50,817 nt of DNA from Acidimicrobiales bacterium (GCA_040382135.1 JBEIGA010000001.1:1-50817), one strand, 5' to 3'. Positions 1-9,762 are shown, counted from the stretch's first letter. Made by a program: numbers and translations. Notes: generated by a model not told the origin, from the letters alone.

Positions 1-198
1 CGACGCGGGAGCGCCGGCGGGTTGCTGGTCGTCGCCGGCGCGCTGGACGTGCTGCCGTTCAGCGCCGTGGTCGAGCTCCTCGACCTGCTGGCCGAGGTCG
101 CTGCGCAGGTCCAGGTCGTGGTCCTCAGCGAGCACCCGGCAGCCGGGCCGTGGGCCGAGGCGTCGGATCCGGTGCTGGTGGCGCTCGAACGTTCCTGA
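1..198 (+). CDS. 3' end of an upstream gene (partial, last 65 codons); SMC/ABC-like ATPase C-terminus suspected
   Basis: Frame 1 is open from the window edge to TGA at 196-198, with G/C-ending codons. The tail ...GLLVVAGALDVLPFSAVVELLDLLAEVAAQVQVVVLSEHP... looks like a Walker-B/D-loop region plus helical tail. It is absent from the ORF track because there is no start codon in the window. Confidence 0.4.
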   Translation, partial: RRGSAGGLLVVAGALDVLPFSAVVELLDLLAEVAAQVQVVVLSEHPAAGPWAEASDPVLVALERS

Positions 199-225
199 CG
201 GCGGCGCGCTGACTACGATCGGCCC

Positions 226-1149
226 ATGCGCGTGGGTGTGGACGTCGGCGGCACGAAGACCCTCGCCCTGCTGCTGGCGGAGGACGGCTCCGTCGCGGCG
301 AGCGCGCGCCGGCCGACGCCTGCGGACCCCGGGGACCTCGTCGAGCTGATCGCCGAGCTCTGCGCCGGGCTCGCCCCCGGTGGCGTCGTGTCGTCGCTCG
401 GTGTCGGCATCGCCGGGTTCGTGACGCGCGGCGGGGTGGTCCGCTACTCCACGAACCTCCCGGCGGTCGTCGAGCTGCCGCTGCAGGAGCTGCTGTCCGC
501 ACGTCTCGGCGTCCCCGTCCGGGTGGAGAACGACGCCACCGCGGCCGCCTGGGGGGAGGCGAGGCGCGGTGCCGGCGTGGGGTGCGACGACCTCGCGATG
601 GTCTCGCTCGGGACGGGCATCGGCGTGGGCATCGTGGCCGACGGTCGGTTGCTGCGCGGCGCCCACGGGTTCGCCGGAGAGGGCGGACACATCACCGTCG
701 ACCCCCACGGACCGTTGCACGTGACCGGCCGACCGGGTCCCTGGGAGCTGTACGCGTCGGGCCACGCGCTCGGTCGGCTCGCCCGGACACGAGCGGGTGC
801 GGGACGGTTCCCGACCGGCCTCGCGCTCGCCGGGACCGTCGAGGCGATCCGCGGGGAGCACGTGCAGGCGGCGGTCGTGGCCGGCGACGCCGATGCGCTC
901 GGGATCGTCGCCGAGTACGCAGGCGAGGTCGCCCGCGGCCTCGCCGCGGTGGTCTACCTGCTCGACCCGGCCCGCGTCGTCCTCGGCGGCGGCGTCATCC
1001 GCCTGGGGGAGCCGCTCCGGCGGGGGGTCGAGGACGCGTTGGCGGCCGACCTCGTGGGCGCGGAGCACCGGCCACGCGTCCAGGTCGTGCCCGCCGTGCT
1101 CGGCGTGGAGGCGGCGGCCATCGGCGCCGCCCTGCTCGCCGCCGTCTGA
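226..1149 (+). CDS. ROK-family sugar kinase (glucokinase-like), non-canonical zinc site
   Basis: N-terminal [11 protein letters not shown] (DxGGT ATP motif). ROK signature [28 protein letters not shown]. The usual CxCGxxGC is replaced by HVTGRPGP. Confidence 0.8.
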   Translation: MRVGVDVGGTKTLALLLAEDGSVAASARRPTPADPGDLVELIAELCAGLAPGGVVSSLGVGIAGFVTRGGVVRYSTNLPAVVELPLQELLSARLGVPVRVENDATAAAWGEARRGAGVGCDDLAMVSLGTGIGVGIVADGRLLRGAHGFAGEGGHITVDPHGPLHVTGRPGPWELYASGHALGRLARTRAGAGRFPTGLALAGTVEAIRGEHVQAAVVAGDADALGIVAEYAGEVARGLAAVVYLLDPARVVLGGGVIRLGEPLRRGVEDALAADLVGAEHRPRVQVVPAVLGVEAAAIGAALLAAV

Positions 1150-1201
1150 ACGGCGGAATCCGGCACCGGGGCGGGGGTGCTGCGGGCTAGCCTCGCTCGC
1201 C

Positions 1202-2380
1202 ATGGAGTTCCGCAGGATCACCGGGCTGCCGCCCTACGTCTTCACGATCATCGACTCGCTCAAGGTCGAGGCTCGCCGTAACGGCGAGGACGTGATCGAC
1301 CTCGGGTTCGGCAACCCGGACCTGCCCTCCCCGGAGATCACCGTGGCCAAGCTGGCGGAGGCCGCGCACAACAGTCGCAACCACCGCTACAGCGCCAGCC
1401 GGGGCATCCCGAAGCTCCGTCAGGCCATCGCGGACCACTACCGCCGCCGGTTCTCCGTCGACCTGGACCCCGACACCGAGGTCATCAACACCATCGGAGC
1501 GAAGGAGGGCTTCTCCCACCTCATGTGGGTGCTGCTCCAGCCCGGCGACGCCGCCCTGGTGCCCTCGCCCTCCTACCCGATCCACCTCTTCGCGCCGCTG
1601 TTCGCCGGCGGCGAGGTGCGGGAGGTGCCACTGACCACCTCGGCGGACGACTTCCTCGAGGCGCTGCGGGAGCGGTGGGAGTTCTCCTGGCCCAAGCCGC
1701 GGGTGATCGTGCTGTCGTTCCCGCACAACCCCACCACCTCCTGCGTGGACCTCGACTTCATGGCGCGGGTGGTCGAGTTCGCGAAGGAGCGCAACGTCGT
1801 GCTCGTCCACGACTTCGCCTACGCCGAGCTCGGGTTCGACGGGTTCGACCCGCCCTCGATCCTCCAGGTGCCGGGGGCGAAGGACGTCGCGGTCGAGCTC
1901 TACTCGATGACCAAGACGTTCTCCATGGCCGGATGGCGCGTGGCCTTCATGCTCGGGAACCGCGAGGTGATCGGCGCGCTGGCGAAGCTGAAGTCCTACC
2001 TCGACTACGGCACCTTCCAGCCCATCCAGATCGCGGCGACCGTGACCCTCAACGAGGTGTACGACCACCCGAAGGAGGTCCGCGAGATCTACCAGAGCCG
2101 GCGGGACGCCCTCTGCGACGGCCTCGACCGGATCGGCTGGCAGATCCCGCGCCCGCAGGGGACGATGTTCGCCTGGGCGCCCATCCCGGAGGCGTACTCC
2201 GACATGGGCTCGGTGGAGTTCGCTTCGTTCCTCGTCCGTGAGGCCAAGGTCGCGGTCTCGCCCGGTGTGGGCTTCGGGCCCGGTGGCGAGGGCCACGTCC
2301 GATTCGCGCTCATCGAGAACGAGCAGCGGATCCAGCAGGCGACCCGCAACCTCCGACGTGCCCTCACACGGCTCGACTGA
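1202..2380 (+). CDS. PLP-dependent aminotransferase, class I/II (alanine/aspartate aminotransferase-like)
   Basis: In-frame ATG at 1202 inside ORF 797..2380. Sequence reads [18 protein letters not shown]..., GFGNPDLP, and the PLP-lysine context [16 protein letters not shown]. The 797-1201 extension overlaps the ROK gene and is Arg/Ser/Pro-rich. Confidence 0.9.
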   Translation: MEFRRITGLPPYVFTIIDSLKVEARRNGEDVIDLGFGNPDLPSPEITVAKLAEAAHNSRNHRYSASRGIPKLRQAIADHYRRRFSVDLDPDTEVINTIGAKEGFSHLMWVLLQPGDAALVPSPSYPIHLFAPLFAGGEVREVPLTTSADDFLEALRERWEFSWPKPRVIVLSFPHNPTTSCVDLDFMARVVEFAKERNVVLVHDFAYAELGFDGFDPPSILQVPGAKDVAVELYSMTKTFSMAGWRVAFMLGNREVIGALAKLKSYLDYGTFQPIQIAATVTLNEVYDHPKEVREIYQSRRDALCDGLDRIGWQIPRPQGTMFAWAPIPEAYSDMGSVEFASFLVREAKVAVSPGVGFGPGGEGHVRFALIENEQRIQQATRNLRRALTRLD

Positions 2381-2399
2381 CGGCCGATGGGAACGGCCG

Positions 2400-3131
2400 A
2401 TGGCTGAGTCGGTGGGAGACCTCGTGGACGACGACGAGCCGACGCGCGGCCACGGCGGCCTGTCCGGCGACGGCCAGGAGTCTCCTGTCGGGCGCACGCT
2501 CGTGGTGCGCGTCTGGCTCCCCGACCGTCCTGGTGCGCTGGGGGAGGTGGCCACCAACCTGGGTCGGATCGGTGCCGACGTGGTGGGCATCGAGATCCTC
2601 GAGCAGGGCGCGGGGACGGCGGTCGACGAGCTGGTCGTCCGGCTCCCGGCGTCGGTCCACACCGACGAACTGGTCGCAGCCGTCCGGGCTGCGGTCGGGG
2701 CCGAGGTCGAGGACCTCCACACAGGCGACACCACCACGCTCGAACCCGACCTCGGCACCCTCGAGCTCGCTGCCGAGCTCGTCGCCGTCGACGCGATCGG
2801 CGAGCTGATCGAACGCCTGCTCACCCACGTCTCGCGGTCGTTGCGGGCCACCTGGTCCGTGGTGGTCGACCTCGAGGGCCATGAGCTCGTCGGTGCCCAT
2901 GGCGAACCTCCGGTGGCCAAGTGGCTCGTGGCCTTCCTGCACGGGTCGGCCACGTCCGCCGCGGTCGCCAACGGCACAGCGGCGCCCCCCGATATGGCGT
3001 GGGCTCTGCTGCCGTCGGGTGGTCTCGCCCTCATGGCCGGCCGTGACGGCATCCCCATCCGTCAGCGGGAACGGCGCCGGCTCGCGGCGTTGATCGCCAT
3101 CGCAGACGCCCGACTCGCCCAGTTGGCCTGA
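2400..3131 (+). CDS. ACT-domain protein with unassigned C-terminal domain
   Basis: In-frame ATG at 2400 (MAESVGDLV...). RTLVVRVWLPDRPGALGEVATNLGRIGADVVGIEIL is a typical ACT beta-alpha-beta start. The C-terminal ~150 aa are not recognised. Confidence 0.6.
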   Translation: MAESVGDLVDDDEPTRGHGGLSGDGQESPVGRTLVVRVWLPDRPGALGEVATNLGRIGADVVGIEILEQGAGTAVDELVVRLPASVHTDELVAAVRAAVGAEVEDLHTGDTTTLEPDLGTLELAAELVAVDAIGELIERLLTHVSRSLRATWSVVVDLEGHELVGAHGEPPVAKWLVAFLHGSATSAAVANGTAAPPDMAWALLPSGGLALMAGRDGIPIRQRERRRLAALIAIADARLAQLA

Positions 3132-3143
3132 GCGGCTCCTGAG

Positions 3144-3167
3144 CTGCGCCGGCCCTGGCCTGCGCAG
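3144..3167. terminator. GC-rich inverted repeat between convergent genes (possible bidirectional terminator)
   Basis: CTGCGC (3144-3149) pairs with GCGCAG (3162-3167), with inner GGCC/GGCC pairing. It lies in the 45-bp gap between the ACT gene stop and the glpK stop. There is no U-tract. Confidence 0.25.
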
Positions 3168-3176
3168 GTCAGAGCC

Positions 3177-4688
3177 TCAGGGCTCCTCGTCGAGCGCCCA
3201 GCCGCGGGATCGCTCGACCGCCCGCAGCCATCGACGGTGCGCCCGGTCCGCGGCCGTGCGGTCGGGGTCCGGTTCGTAGGTGCGGTCCGCACGCCACACG
3301 GCCTCGAGTTCGGTCACCGATGCCCAGACCCCCTCCGCCAACCCCGCCAGGGTGGCGGCGCCCAGCGCCGTGGTCTCGGTCCTGGCCGCGCGGGTCACGG
3401 CGACGCCGAGTTGGTCGGCCTGCAGCTCGAGCAGCAGGTCCATGACGGACGCGCCGCCGTCGACGCGGAGCTCGGCCAGGGGTACGCCGGTCGCCGCGCA
3501 CATGGCGTCGACCACGTCACGGGTCTGGAAGGCCATCGCCTCGACCACCGCACGTGCGATCTCGGCTCGACCCGTCCCGCGGGTCAACCCGACGATGGTG
3601 CCGCGGGCGTAGGGGTCCCACCAGGGGCTGCCGAGACCGGTGAACGCAGGGACCACGACGACTCCGCCGGTGTCGGGGCATGACGCTGCGAGCGGTCCGA
3701 TGGCCGCCGCCGAGTCGATGATGCCCAGCCCGTCACGCAGCCACTGCACGGCGGCGCCTGTGACGAACACGGCCCCTTCGAGGGCGTAGACGGCGGGCGC
3801 GTCGCCCAGCTGCCACGCGACCGTCGTGAGGAGGCCGTCGACCGGCGGCGGGGCATCGGTCCCGACGTTGAGCAGCACGAAGGAGCCGGTGCCGTAGGTG
3901 TTCTTGGCCATCCCCGGGCGCACGCAGACCTGCCCGAAGAGCGCCGCCTGTTGGTCGCCGGCGATGCCGCTGATCGGGATGCCGGACGGCAGGGGACCGC
4001 CCGCGGCGGTGACGCCGTAGCGGCCCGACGACGGCCGGACCTCGGGCAGCGCACGGCGGGGCACGCCGAACAGCTCCAGGAGATCGTCGGACCAGTCGAG
4101 CCGCCGGATGTCGAAGAGCATGGTCCGGGCCGCGTTCGAGACGTCGGTGGCGTGGACCGCGCCCGCCGTGAGGCGCCACAGGAGCCAGCTGTCGATCGTG
4201 CCGACGGCCAGATCGGCGTCGGCCGCGACGCCCTGGCGGAGCAGCCATTCGATCTTGGTGGCGGAGAAGTACGGGTCGAGGACCAGGCCGGTGCGCTCGC
4301 GGATCAGCGGGAGGTGTCCGGCGTCCGCGAGCTCGGCGCACCGTCCGGCGGTCCGGCGGTCCTGCCAGACGACGGCACGGTGGAGGGGCCGGCCGGTCCG
4401 CCGGTCCCACAGGACGACGGTCTCACGCTGGTCGGTGATGCCGATGGCGGCGATGGGTGCGGCGCATCGCCCGACCACGTCGGTCAGCGTCGCCGCGACC
4501 GCCGACCAGATCTCCTCGGCGTCGTGTTCCACCCAGCCCGGTCGGGGGAAGTGCTGGGTGAACTCGCGGTACGACGAGGCGACCACCTCGCCGTCGCGGT
4601 CGACGGCGAGGCTGCGGACGCCCGTGGTCCCCGCGTCGATCGCGAGCACCACGGGTCCGGACGACGCAACAGAACGTTCACCGACCAT
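3177..4688 (-). CDS. glpK: glycerol kinase
   Basis: 503 aa. FGGY kinase motifs: LAIDAGTTGVRS, ITDQRETVVLWDRRTGRPL..VVWQDRRTA, KNTYGTGSFVLLNVG. Confidence 0.9.
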   Translation of the reverse strand: MVGERSVASSGPVVLAIDAGTTGVRSLAVDRDGEVVASSYREFTQHFPRPGWVEHDAEEIWSAVAATLTDVVGRCAAPIAAIGITDQRETVVLWDRRTGRPLHRAVVWQDRRTAGRCAELADAGHLPLIRERTGLVLDPYFSATKIEWLLRQGVAADADLAVGTIDSWLLWRLTAGAVHATDVSNAARTMLFDIRRLDWSDDLLELFGVPRRALPEVRPSSGRYGVTAAGGPLPSGIPISGIAGDQQAALFGQVCVRPGMAKNTYGTGSFVLLNVGTDAPPPVDGLLTTVAWQLGDAPAVYALEGAVFVTGAAVQWLRDGLGIIDSAAAIGPLAASCPDTGGVVVVPAFTGLGSPWWDPYARGTIVGLTRGTGRAEIARAVVEAMAFQTRDVVDAMCAATGVPLAELRVDGGASVMDLLLELQADQLGVAVTRAARTETTALGAATLAGLAEGVWASVTELEAVWRADRTYEPDPDRTAADRAHRRWLRAVERSRGWALDEEP

Positions 4689-4765
4689 GCGCCCGAGCGT
4701 ACCGATCGAGTCGGGTACGGTCGGGTTGGCCCGGCACGGGCGCGCCTGCCACAGGAGGTCCGAGG

Positions 4766-5803
4766 ATGCGAGTCGGCGTGATGACCGGGGGCGGGGACTG
4801 TCCGGGGCTGAACGCGGTCATCCGCGGACTCGTGCGCAAGGTGGAGCGGGGGTACGGCGGCGAGGTCGTCGGGTTCCTCGACGGCTGGCGCGGAGTGATC
4901 GAGGACGACACCGTCGCGCTGACCATCGACAGCTGCCGCGGCATCCTGCCCCGGGGCGGCACCATCCTGGGGACGTCGCGCACGACCCCGCACCGCACGG
5001 AGGGCGGGATCGCCGCCGCCCGGGACACCTTGGCGCGCCACGGCGTCGACGGGCTGGTCGTCATCGGGGGCGAGGGCACGCTCTCGAGCGCGCTCGACCT
5101 CTACCGTCTCGACCCGGTCGGGTTCCCCGTCGTCGGCGTCCCGAAGACGATCGACAACGACATCTCCTGCACCGAGATGACCTTCGGGTTCCAGACCGCG
5201 GTGGAGATCGCCACCGACGCCATCGACCGGCTCCACACCACCGCCGAGTCCCACGACCGCGTGATGGTGGTGGAGGTCATGGGCCGGCACGTCGGGCACA
5301 TCGCCACATGGGCCGGCATCGCCGGGGGCGCCACCATGACCCTCGTCCCCGAGCACCCGTTCGACATCGACGCGGTGTGCGAGGCGCTGCGCCGCCGGCA
5401 CGAGCGGGGCAAGTGGGCCTCGATCGTGGTCGTGGCGGAGGGTGCCGTGCCCGTACCGGGCACCCTGCAGATCCCGGAGCCCACCCGGGACGAGTTCGGG
5501 CACATGCGCCTCGGCGGCATCGGTTCCATCGTCGCCCAGGAGATCGAGGCCCGGACGGGCTTCGAGACCAGGGTCACCGTGCTCGGGCACGTGCAGCGCG
5601 GGGGAACGCCGTCCGCATACGACCGGGTCATCGCCACCTGGTTCGGAGTCGCGGCAGCCGAGCTGGCGCACGACGGCGCGTTCGGACAGATGGTGGCGCT
5701 GCAGAACGGCGAGGTGGGGCGGGTCGCGATCGCCGACGCCGTGGCCGAGCTCAAGACCGTCGGCCCGCGCCTGTGGTCGGTGGCGAGCGAGTTCTTCGCC
5801 TGA
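4766..5803 (+). CDS. pfkA: 6-phosphofructokinase (actinobacterial PfkA type)
   Basis: 345 aa. MRVGVMTGGGDCPGLNAVIRG, IGGEGTLSSA, VGVPKTIDNDI, MGRHVGHIA. Confidence 0.9.
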   Translation: MRVGVMTGGGDCPGLNAVIRGLVRKVERGYGGEVVGFLDGWRGVIEDDTVALTIDSCRGILPRGGTILGTSRTTPHRTEGGIAAARDTLARHGVDGLVVIGGEGTLSSALDLYRLDPVGFPVVGVPKTIDNDISCTEMTFGFQTAVEIATDAIDRLHTTAESHDRVMVVEVMGRHVGHIATWAGIAGGATMTLVPEHPFDIDAVCEALRRRHERGKWASIVVVAEGAVPVPGTLQIPEPTRDEFGHMRLGGIGSIVAQEIEARTGFETRVTVLGHVQRGGTPSAYDRVIATWFGVAAAELAHDGAFGQMVALQNGEVGRVAIADAVAELKTVGPRLWSVASEFFA

Positions 5804-5822
5804 GCCGCGAACGGCGCCGGAC

Positions 5823-6470
5823 CTAGCCCGGGAAGAACGAGCTGAACTGGTCGCAGCTCACGGGCTCGCCCTCGTCCGGCTGCACCGCGCCGTCGGGGAG
5901 CCGGATCGCGATCGGCCGGAACGTGCCGTCCTCCTGCGCGATCGAGACCAGCACGGCCGTGATGCCGTCGAACGACGTCGTCGCCGTGCACACGAGCATC
6001 GCGACGGCGACCTGGAAGTCGGTGCTGTTCGGATCGGCGGGAAAGCCGGCGAGGGAGTCGAGGCGGACGTCGAGCACATCGCCGTCGGCCTCGGTCTCGA
6101 CCAGCGCCGTGCCTTCGCCGAACAGGGTGCTGAGCCCGGCGCGGGATTCGGCGGGCGTGGCCGGGGAGAGGACCGCGTTGATGGCCGCCGAGAAGGGGTC
6201 GGCCGCGTCGACCTCGCGGGGGACGGCCTCGAGGGTGAGCTCCTCGTCGGTCCGTCGCACGAGGAAGATCGTGACGACCTCGCTGGCGGGGGGCTGGGTC
6301 GAGCTCGGTGCGTCGGCCTCGAGCAGGGCGTCGGGGAGCTGCCCGGTCACCTCTCGTGGCGCCGCGTCCTCGGGGACCCCGCAGGCGCTCGTGGTGATCA
6401 GCGCGACGAGCGCGGCGACGGACACGGCGACGACCGCTGGGGCTCGACGTCGGGACGTCGTCACGTTCAC
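5823..6470 (-). CDS. GerMN-like lipoprotein in the LpqB position (short)
   Basis: GTG start at 6470 overlaps the kinase stop by 4 nt. Signal peptide with a lipobox-like ...LITTSAC. The body resembles a GerMN domain. It sits downstream of the RR-HK pair, as lpqB does. Confidence 0.6.
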   Translation of the reverse strand: MNVTTSRRRAPAVVAVSVAALVALITTSACGVPEDAAPREVTGQLPDALLEADAPSSTQPPASEVVTIFLVRRTDEELTLEAVPREVDAADPFSAAINAVLSPATPAESRAGLSTLFGEGTALVETEADGDVLDVRLDSLAGFPADPNSTDFQVAVAMLVCTATTSFDGITAVLVSIAQEDGTFRPIAIRLPDGAVQPDEGEPVSCDQFSSFFPG

Positions 6471-7885
6471 AGGTGCTGGTCCTCCAGGTCCTCGACGACG
6501 CCGAGCGGCAGCTGCACCACGAAGCGGGCGCCGGGTTCGCCGTCCAGACGGTCGGTGACCCAGACCCGTCCGTCGTGGAGCCTGACGTGCTCGTCCACCA
6601 GTGACAGCCCGAGACCGGTCCCGGTGTCGTCGCCCCGCCGGCCTCCCGCCGACCCCCGTGAGAAGCGGTCGAAGACCACCTCGCGCTCCTCGGGCGGCAC
6701 CCCGGGTCCACCGTCCTCCACCGCGATCTCCAGCATGTCGTCGGCCAGACGGAGGTCGACGCCGGTGGGGCCGCCGCCGTACTTCCGGGCGTTGTCGATG
6801 AGGTTCGCGATGACCTGGACCAACCGCCGCTTGTCGAGGCGCGCGCTCACCAGGTCGACTGCGGGGGCGTGCCGGACCTCGACGTCGGCCCCGACGGCGG
6901 CCACTGCGGCACGGACGAACTCGACTGCTCGGACGGTGGACAGCTCCAGGCGCGCCGCGCCGGCGTCGAACCGGGAGATCTCGAGCAGGTCCTCGACGAG
7001 CGCGGAGAACCGGGCGAGGTCCGACGAGAGGAGGTCGAGGGCTGTCTGCGCCCGCTCGGGCATCTCGTCGCGGCGGCCCTCGAGCACCGCGACCGAGGCC
7101 GTGAGCGTCATGAGCGGCGAGCGGAGCTCGTGGCTCACCTCGGAGGCGAAGCGCGCGTCGCGCTCGATCCGGTCCTGGAGGGCGCCGGCCATGTCGTTGA
7201 ACGCCGTGGCCAGCATGGCGAGGTCACGGTCGGCGGGCTCCTCGAGGCGCGTGTCGAGCTGGCCGTCGGCGATCGCGTGGGCCGCCTCGCTCACCCGGCG
7301 CAGCGGCAGGAGCGTCCGCCGGCTGGCCCACCACCCGAAGATCGCCGCGAGCCCCGTGGTGAGCGCCGCGGCCGCGATCAGGATCAGCCGCAGGGTGTCG
7401 AGCGACTCCTCGACCGCGACGAGCGGCACGGCCTGGATGAACTCGAGGTCGAACCCGGGGATCGGGATGGCGACGAGGAGGTTCGGCTCACCGTCGAGGC
7501 GGACGCGCATCTGGTGGGCGCCGATCGACTCGACGGCGCGCAGGAGGTCGGCGGGGACCTGGTCGGGGGTGAACTGCGGATCGGGGAGCCACTCGTCGTC
7601 GAGCCGGACCAGGGTCGACGCGCCCTCCGGGCGGGTGAGGGTCCCGAGGATGGTCTCCACCTCGGCGAGGTCCGCGCCGGCGGACAGGTTGTTCCGGAGT
7701 CGGCTCGCGTTGTTGATCGACACGATCAGCGCGTTGTCCTCGGCGTCCTCGAGCAGGCGCTGGCGCGTGAGCGTCATCGTGACGACGGCCAGGAGCGTCG
7801 ACAGCAGGAGCCCGCCCAGTGCGAAGGCGATCGTGATCCTCGACCGGAGGCCGAAGCGGAGGCGGGGGAGTGGGCGCGGGGCCAT
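6467..7885 (-). CDS. mtrB: sensor histidine kinase, MtrB-like
   Basis: 472 aa. Two TM segments flank an extracytoplasmic domain, followed by HAMP. H-box FASEVSHELRSPL. N/G boxes NLIDNARKYG and GTGLGLSLV. Confidence 0.8.
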   Translation of the reverse strand: MAPRPLPRLRFGLRSRITIAFALGGLLLSTLLAVVTMTLTRQRLLEDAEDNALIVSINNASRLRNNLSAGADLAEVETILGTLTRPEGASTLVRLDDEWLPDPQFTPDQVPADLLRAVESIGAHQMRVRLDGEPNLLVAIPIPGFDLEFIQAVPLVAVEESLDTLRLILIAAAALTTGLAAIFGWWASRRTLLPLRRVSEAAHAIADGQLDTRLEEPADRDLAMLATAFNDMAGALQDRIERDARFASEVSHELRSPLMTLTASVAVLEGRRDEMPERAQTALDLLSSDLARFSALVEDLLEISRFDAGAARLELSTVRAVEFVRAAVAAVGADVEVRHAPAVDLVSARLDKRRLVQVIANLIDNARKYGGGPTGVDLRLADDMLEIAVEDGGPGVPPEEREVVFDRFSRGSAGGRRGDDTGTGLGLSLVDEHVRLHDGRVWVTDRLDGEPGARFVVQLPLGVVEDLEDQHL

Positions 7886-7894
7886 CGGCCGCCG

Positions 7895-8575
7895 TCAGGG
7901 CTGGAGCTTGTAGCCCAGCCCGCGGACGGTCATGACGTGGGTGGGGTTCGCCGGATCGGCCTCGACCTTGGTCCGGAGGCGTCGGACGTGGACGTCGACC
8001 AGACGCCCGTCCCCGAAGTAGCCGTAGCCCCAGACCCGTTCGAGCAGGACCTCGCGGGAGAGCACCCGGCCCGGGTTGTTGGCCAGCTCGACGAGGAGGC
8101 GGAACTCGGTCTTGGTGAGGTGGACCTCGCGCCCGGCCCTGCGGACCACCCCTTCCTCGGGCACGACCTCGAGGTCGCCGAAGCGCAGGTGGGTGGGCCC
8201 GTGGTCCGTGGTGCGGATGCGCCGCAGCAGGGCTCGGATCCGTGCCGACAGCTCCTTCGGGGCGAATGGCTTGGTGAGGTAGTCGTCGGCACCTGCCTCG
8301 AGCCCGGCGACGACGTCGTGGGTGTCGGCGCGGGCGGTCACCATCACGATCGGGACGTCGCTCGTGCGGCGGATGGAGCGACACACCTCGAAGCCGTCGA
8401 TGCCCGGGAGCATGATGTCGATGAGCACCACGTCGGCCGGCTGGCGCAGGAAGGCGGTGAGCGCCTCCTCACCGTTCGCCGCCTCCTCGACCTGCCAGCC
8501 CTCGTCCTCGAGCGCGAGACGGACGGCGGTCCGGATCCGCTCGTCGTCCTCCACGGTCAGGATGCGCGTACCCAC
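7895..8575 (-). CDS. mtrA: OmpR-family response regulator, MtrA-like
   Basis: 226 aa. Receiver domain (ILTVEDDE..., LIDIMLPGIDG, DDYLTKPF) plus a winged-helix C-terminus (...VRGLGYKL). Close in sequence pattern to mycobacterial MtrA as I recall it. Confidence 0.85.
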   Translation of the reverse strand: MGTRILTVEDDERIRTAVRLALEDEGWQVEEAANGEEALTAFLRQPADVVLIDIMLPGIDGFEVCRSIRRTSDVPIVMVTARADTHDVVAGLEAGADDYLTKPFAPKELSARIRALLRRIRTTDHGPTHLRFGDLEVVPEEGVVRRAGREVHLTKTEFRLLVELANNPGRVLSREVLLERVWGYGYFGDGRLVDVHVRRLRTKVEADPANPTHVMTVRGLGYKLQP

Positions 8576-8635
8576 GGGACGTCATCGTACGGGTTGGGGC
8601 GGGTCGAGGGGGGACGCCGCCGGAGTGGGGCGGGC

Positions 8636-9430
8636 TCAGTCCTCGTCGGCCCGAGCCAGACGGAGGAGCCCGAGGAGGGCCTCGTGGACCTCCGGCGTGC
8701 TCGCCACGATGATGCGGTCGAGGTCGCGACCACCGTGCAGGTCCGAGACGACACCGCCCGCCTCCCGGACGATGAGCTCGCCCGCGGCCACGTCCCAGGC
8801 CTTGACACCCCGCTCGTAGAAGGCGTCGACCCGACCGCACGCCACGGAGCAGAGGTCCATGGCGCACCCGCCCATGCGCCGGATGTCGCGTACGGCCGGA
8901 AGGACCGTGGTGAGCACCCGGGCCTGCGCGGCCCGGCGGTCGCCGTGGTAGCCGAACCCGGTCGCCACGAGGGTATGGGCGAGGTCCGGGACGCTCGAGA
9001 CGCGGATCGGCTCGCCGTTGCGGAACGCCCCGCCGCCGTCGATGGCCCAGTACGCCTCGCCGAGGAGGGGGTCGACGACCACGCCGACGAGCCCGTGATC
9101 GCCCCGGCGTGCGGCGATCGACACCGAGAAGCCGGGGTGGTCGTAGACGAAGTTGGTGGTGCCGTCGATCGGGTCGATGATCCACGTGATGCCCGAGCGG
9201 GTGGGGCGGTCGGCGCCCTCCTCACCGAGGACCCCGTCGTCGGGCCGGGCCGCAGTCAGGGCCGCGGTGATGGCGTACTCCGCCCAGAGGTCGACCTCGG
9301 TCACGAGGTCGGTGCTCGAGGTCTTCGTCCGCGACGTCGCACCGGTGCGCCGACGGGCCAGTTCTCCGGCGACGTCCCTGCCGATGCCGAGTGCGAGGTC
9401 GAGCAGCGACCGCAGGTCGACGTCGGTCAC
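8636..9430 (-). CDS. inositol monophosphatase family protein (SuhB/ImpA/HisN-like)
   Basis: The GTG at 9430 overlaps the upstream gene's TGA (GTGA). WIIDPIDGTTNFVY, GFGY and AWDVAAG motifs are present. The longer 329-aa ORF start would overlap the neighbouring gene and is Arg-rich. Confidence 0.85.
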   Translation of the reverse strand: MTDVDLRSLLDLALGIGRDVAGELARRRTGATSRTKTSSTDLVTEVDLWAEYAITAALTAARPDDGVLGEEGADRPTRSGITWIIDPIDGTTNFVYDHPGFSVSIAARRGDHGLVGVVVDPLLGEAYWAIDGGGAFRNGEPIRVSSVPDLAHTLVATGFGYHGDRRAAQARVLTTVLPAVRDIRRMGGCAMDLCSVACGRVDAFYERGVKAWDVAAGELIVREAGGVVSDLHGGRDLDRIIVASTPEVHEALLGLLRLARADED

Positions 9431-9702
9431 GGTTGCTCGCCGCGTGCCCTGCGGACCGTCTCGGTGGCCTTCCACTCGCCCATCGCCCGGAGGGTCAGGA
9501 TGACGACCACGGCGACACCGACAGCTGCGCCGACGGCCCCCACCAGGGTGCCGAGACCGACGAGGAGGCCGCAGTCGCCGTCGCACTGCAGGTCGGTGAC
9601 GGCGTACCCGATCAGCCCGCCGCACAGACCGGCGACGACGATGGCCACTACGGCGAGGATGCGGGCGCCCGGGCCGGGTCCGGCGGTCGATGGTCGTTCC
9701 AC
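9427..9702 (-). CDS. small two-TM membrane protein, hypothetical
   Basis: 91 aa. Two hydrophobic helices flank a CDGDC loop. Translationally coupled (GTGA) to the IMPase gene. Confidence 0.5.
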   Translation of the reverse strand: MERPSTAGPGPGARILAVVAIVVAGLCGGLIGYAVTDLQCDGDCGLLVGLGTLVGAVGAAVGVAVVVILTLRAMGEWKATETVRRARGEQP

Positions 9703-9762
9703 ACCGGCAAGGATACCGACGGCCTATTCAGCGAGGGCCATCGCAGCACCTAGCATGCGGAG

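Noticed and set aside
797-1201. Long 5' extensions of real genes in the ORF track (797.., 2238.., 11529.., 16670.., 18753.., 22648.., 26032.., 26634.., 28306.., 30420.., 30686.., 35901..)
   Set aside because: In each case the extension overlaps the preceding well-supported gene out of frame. The recognisable protein begins at an internal ATG/GTG, usually forming an ATGA/GTGA overlap with the upstream stop. I used the internal starts.
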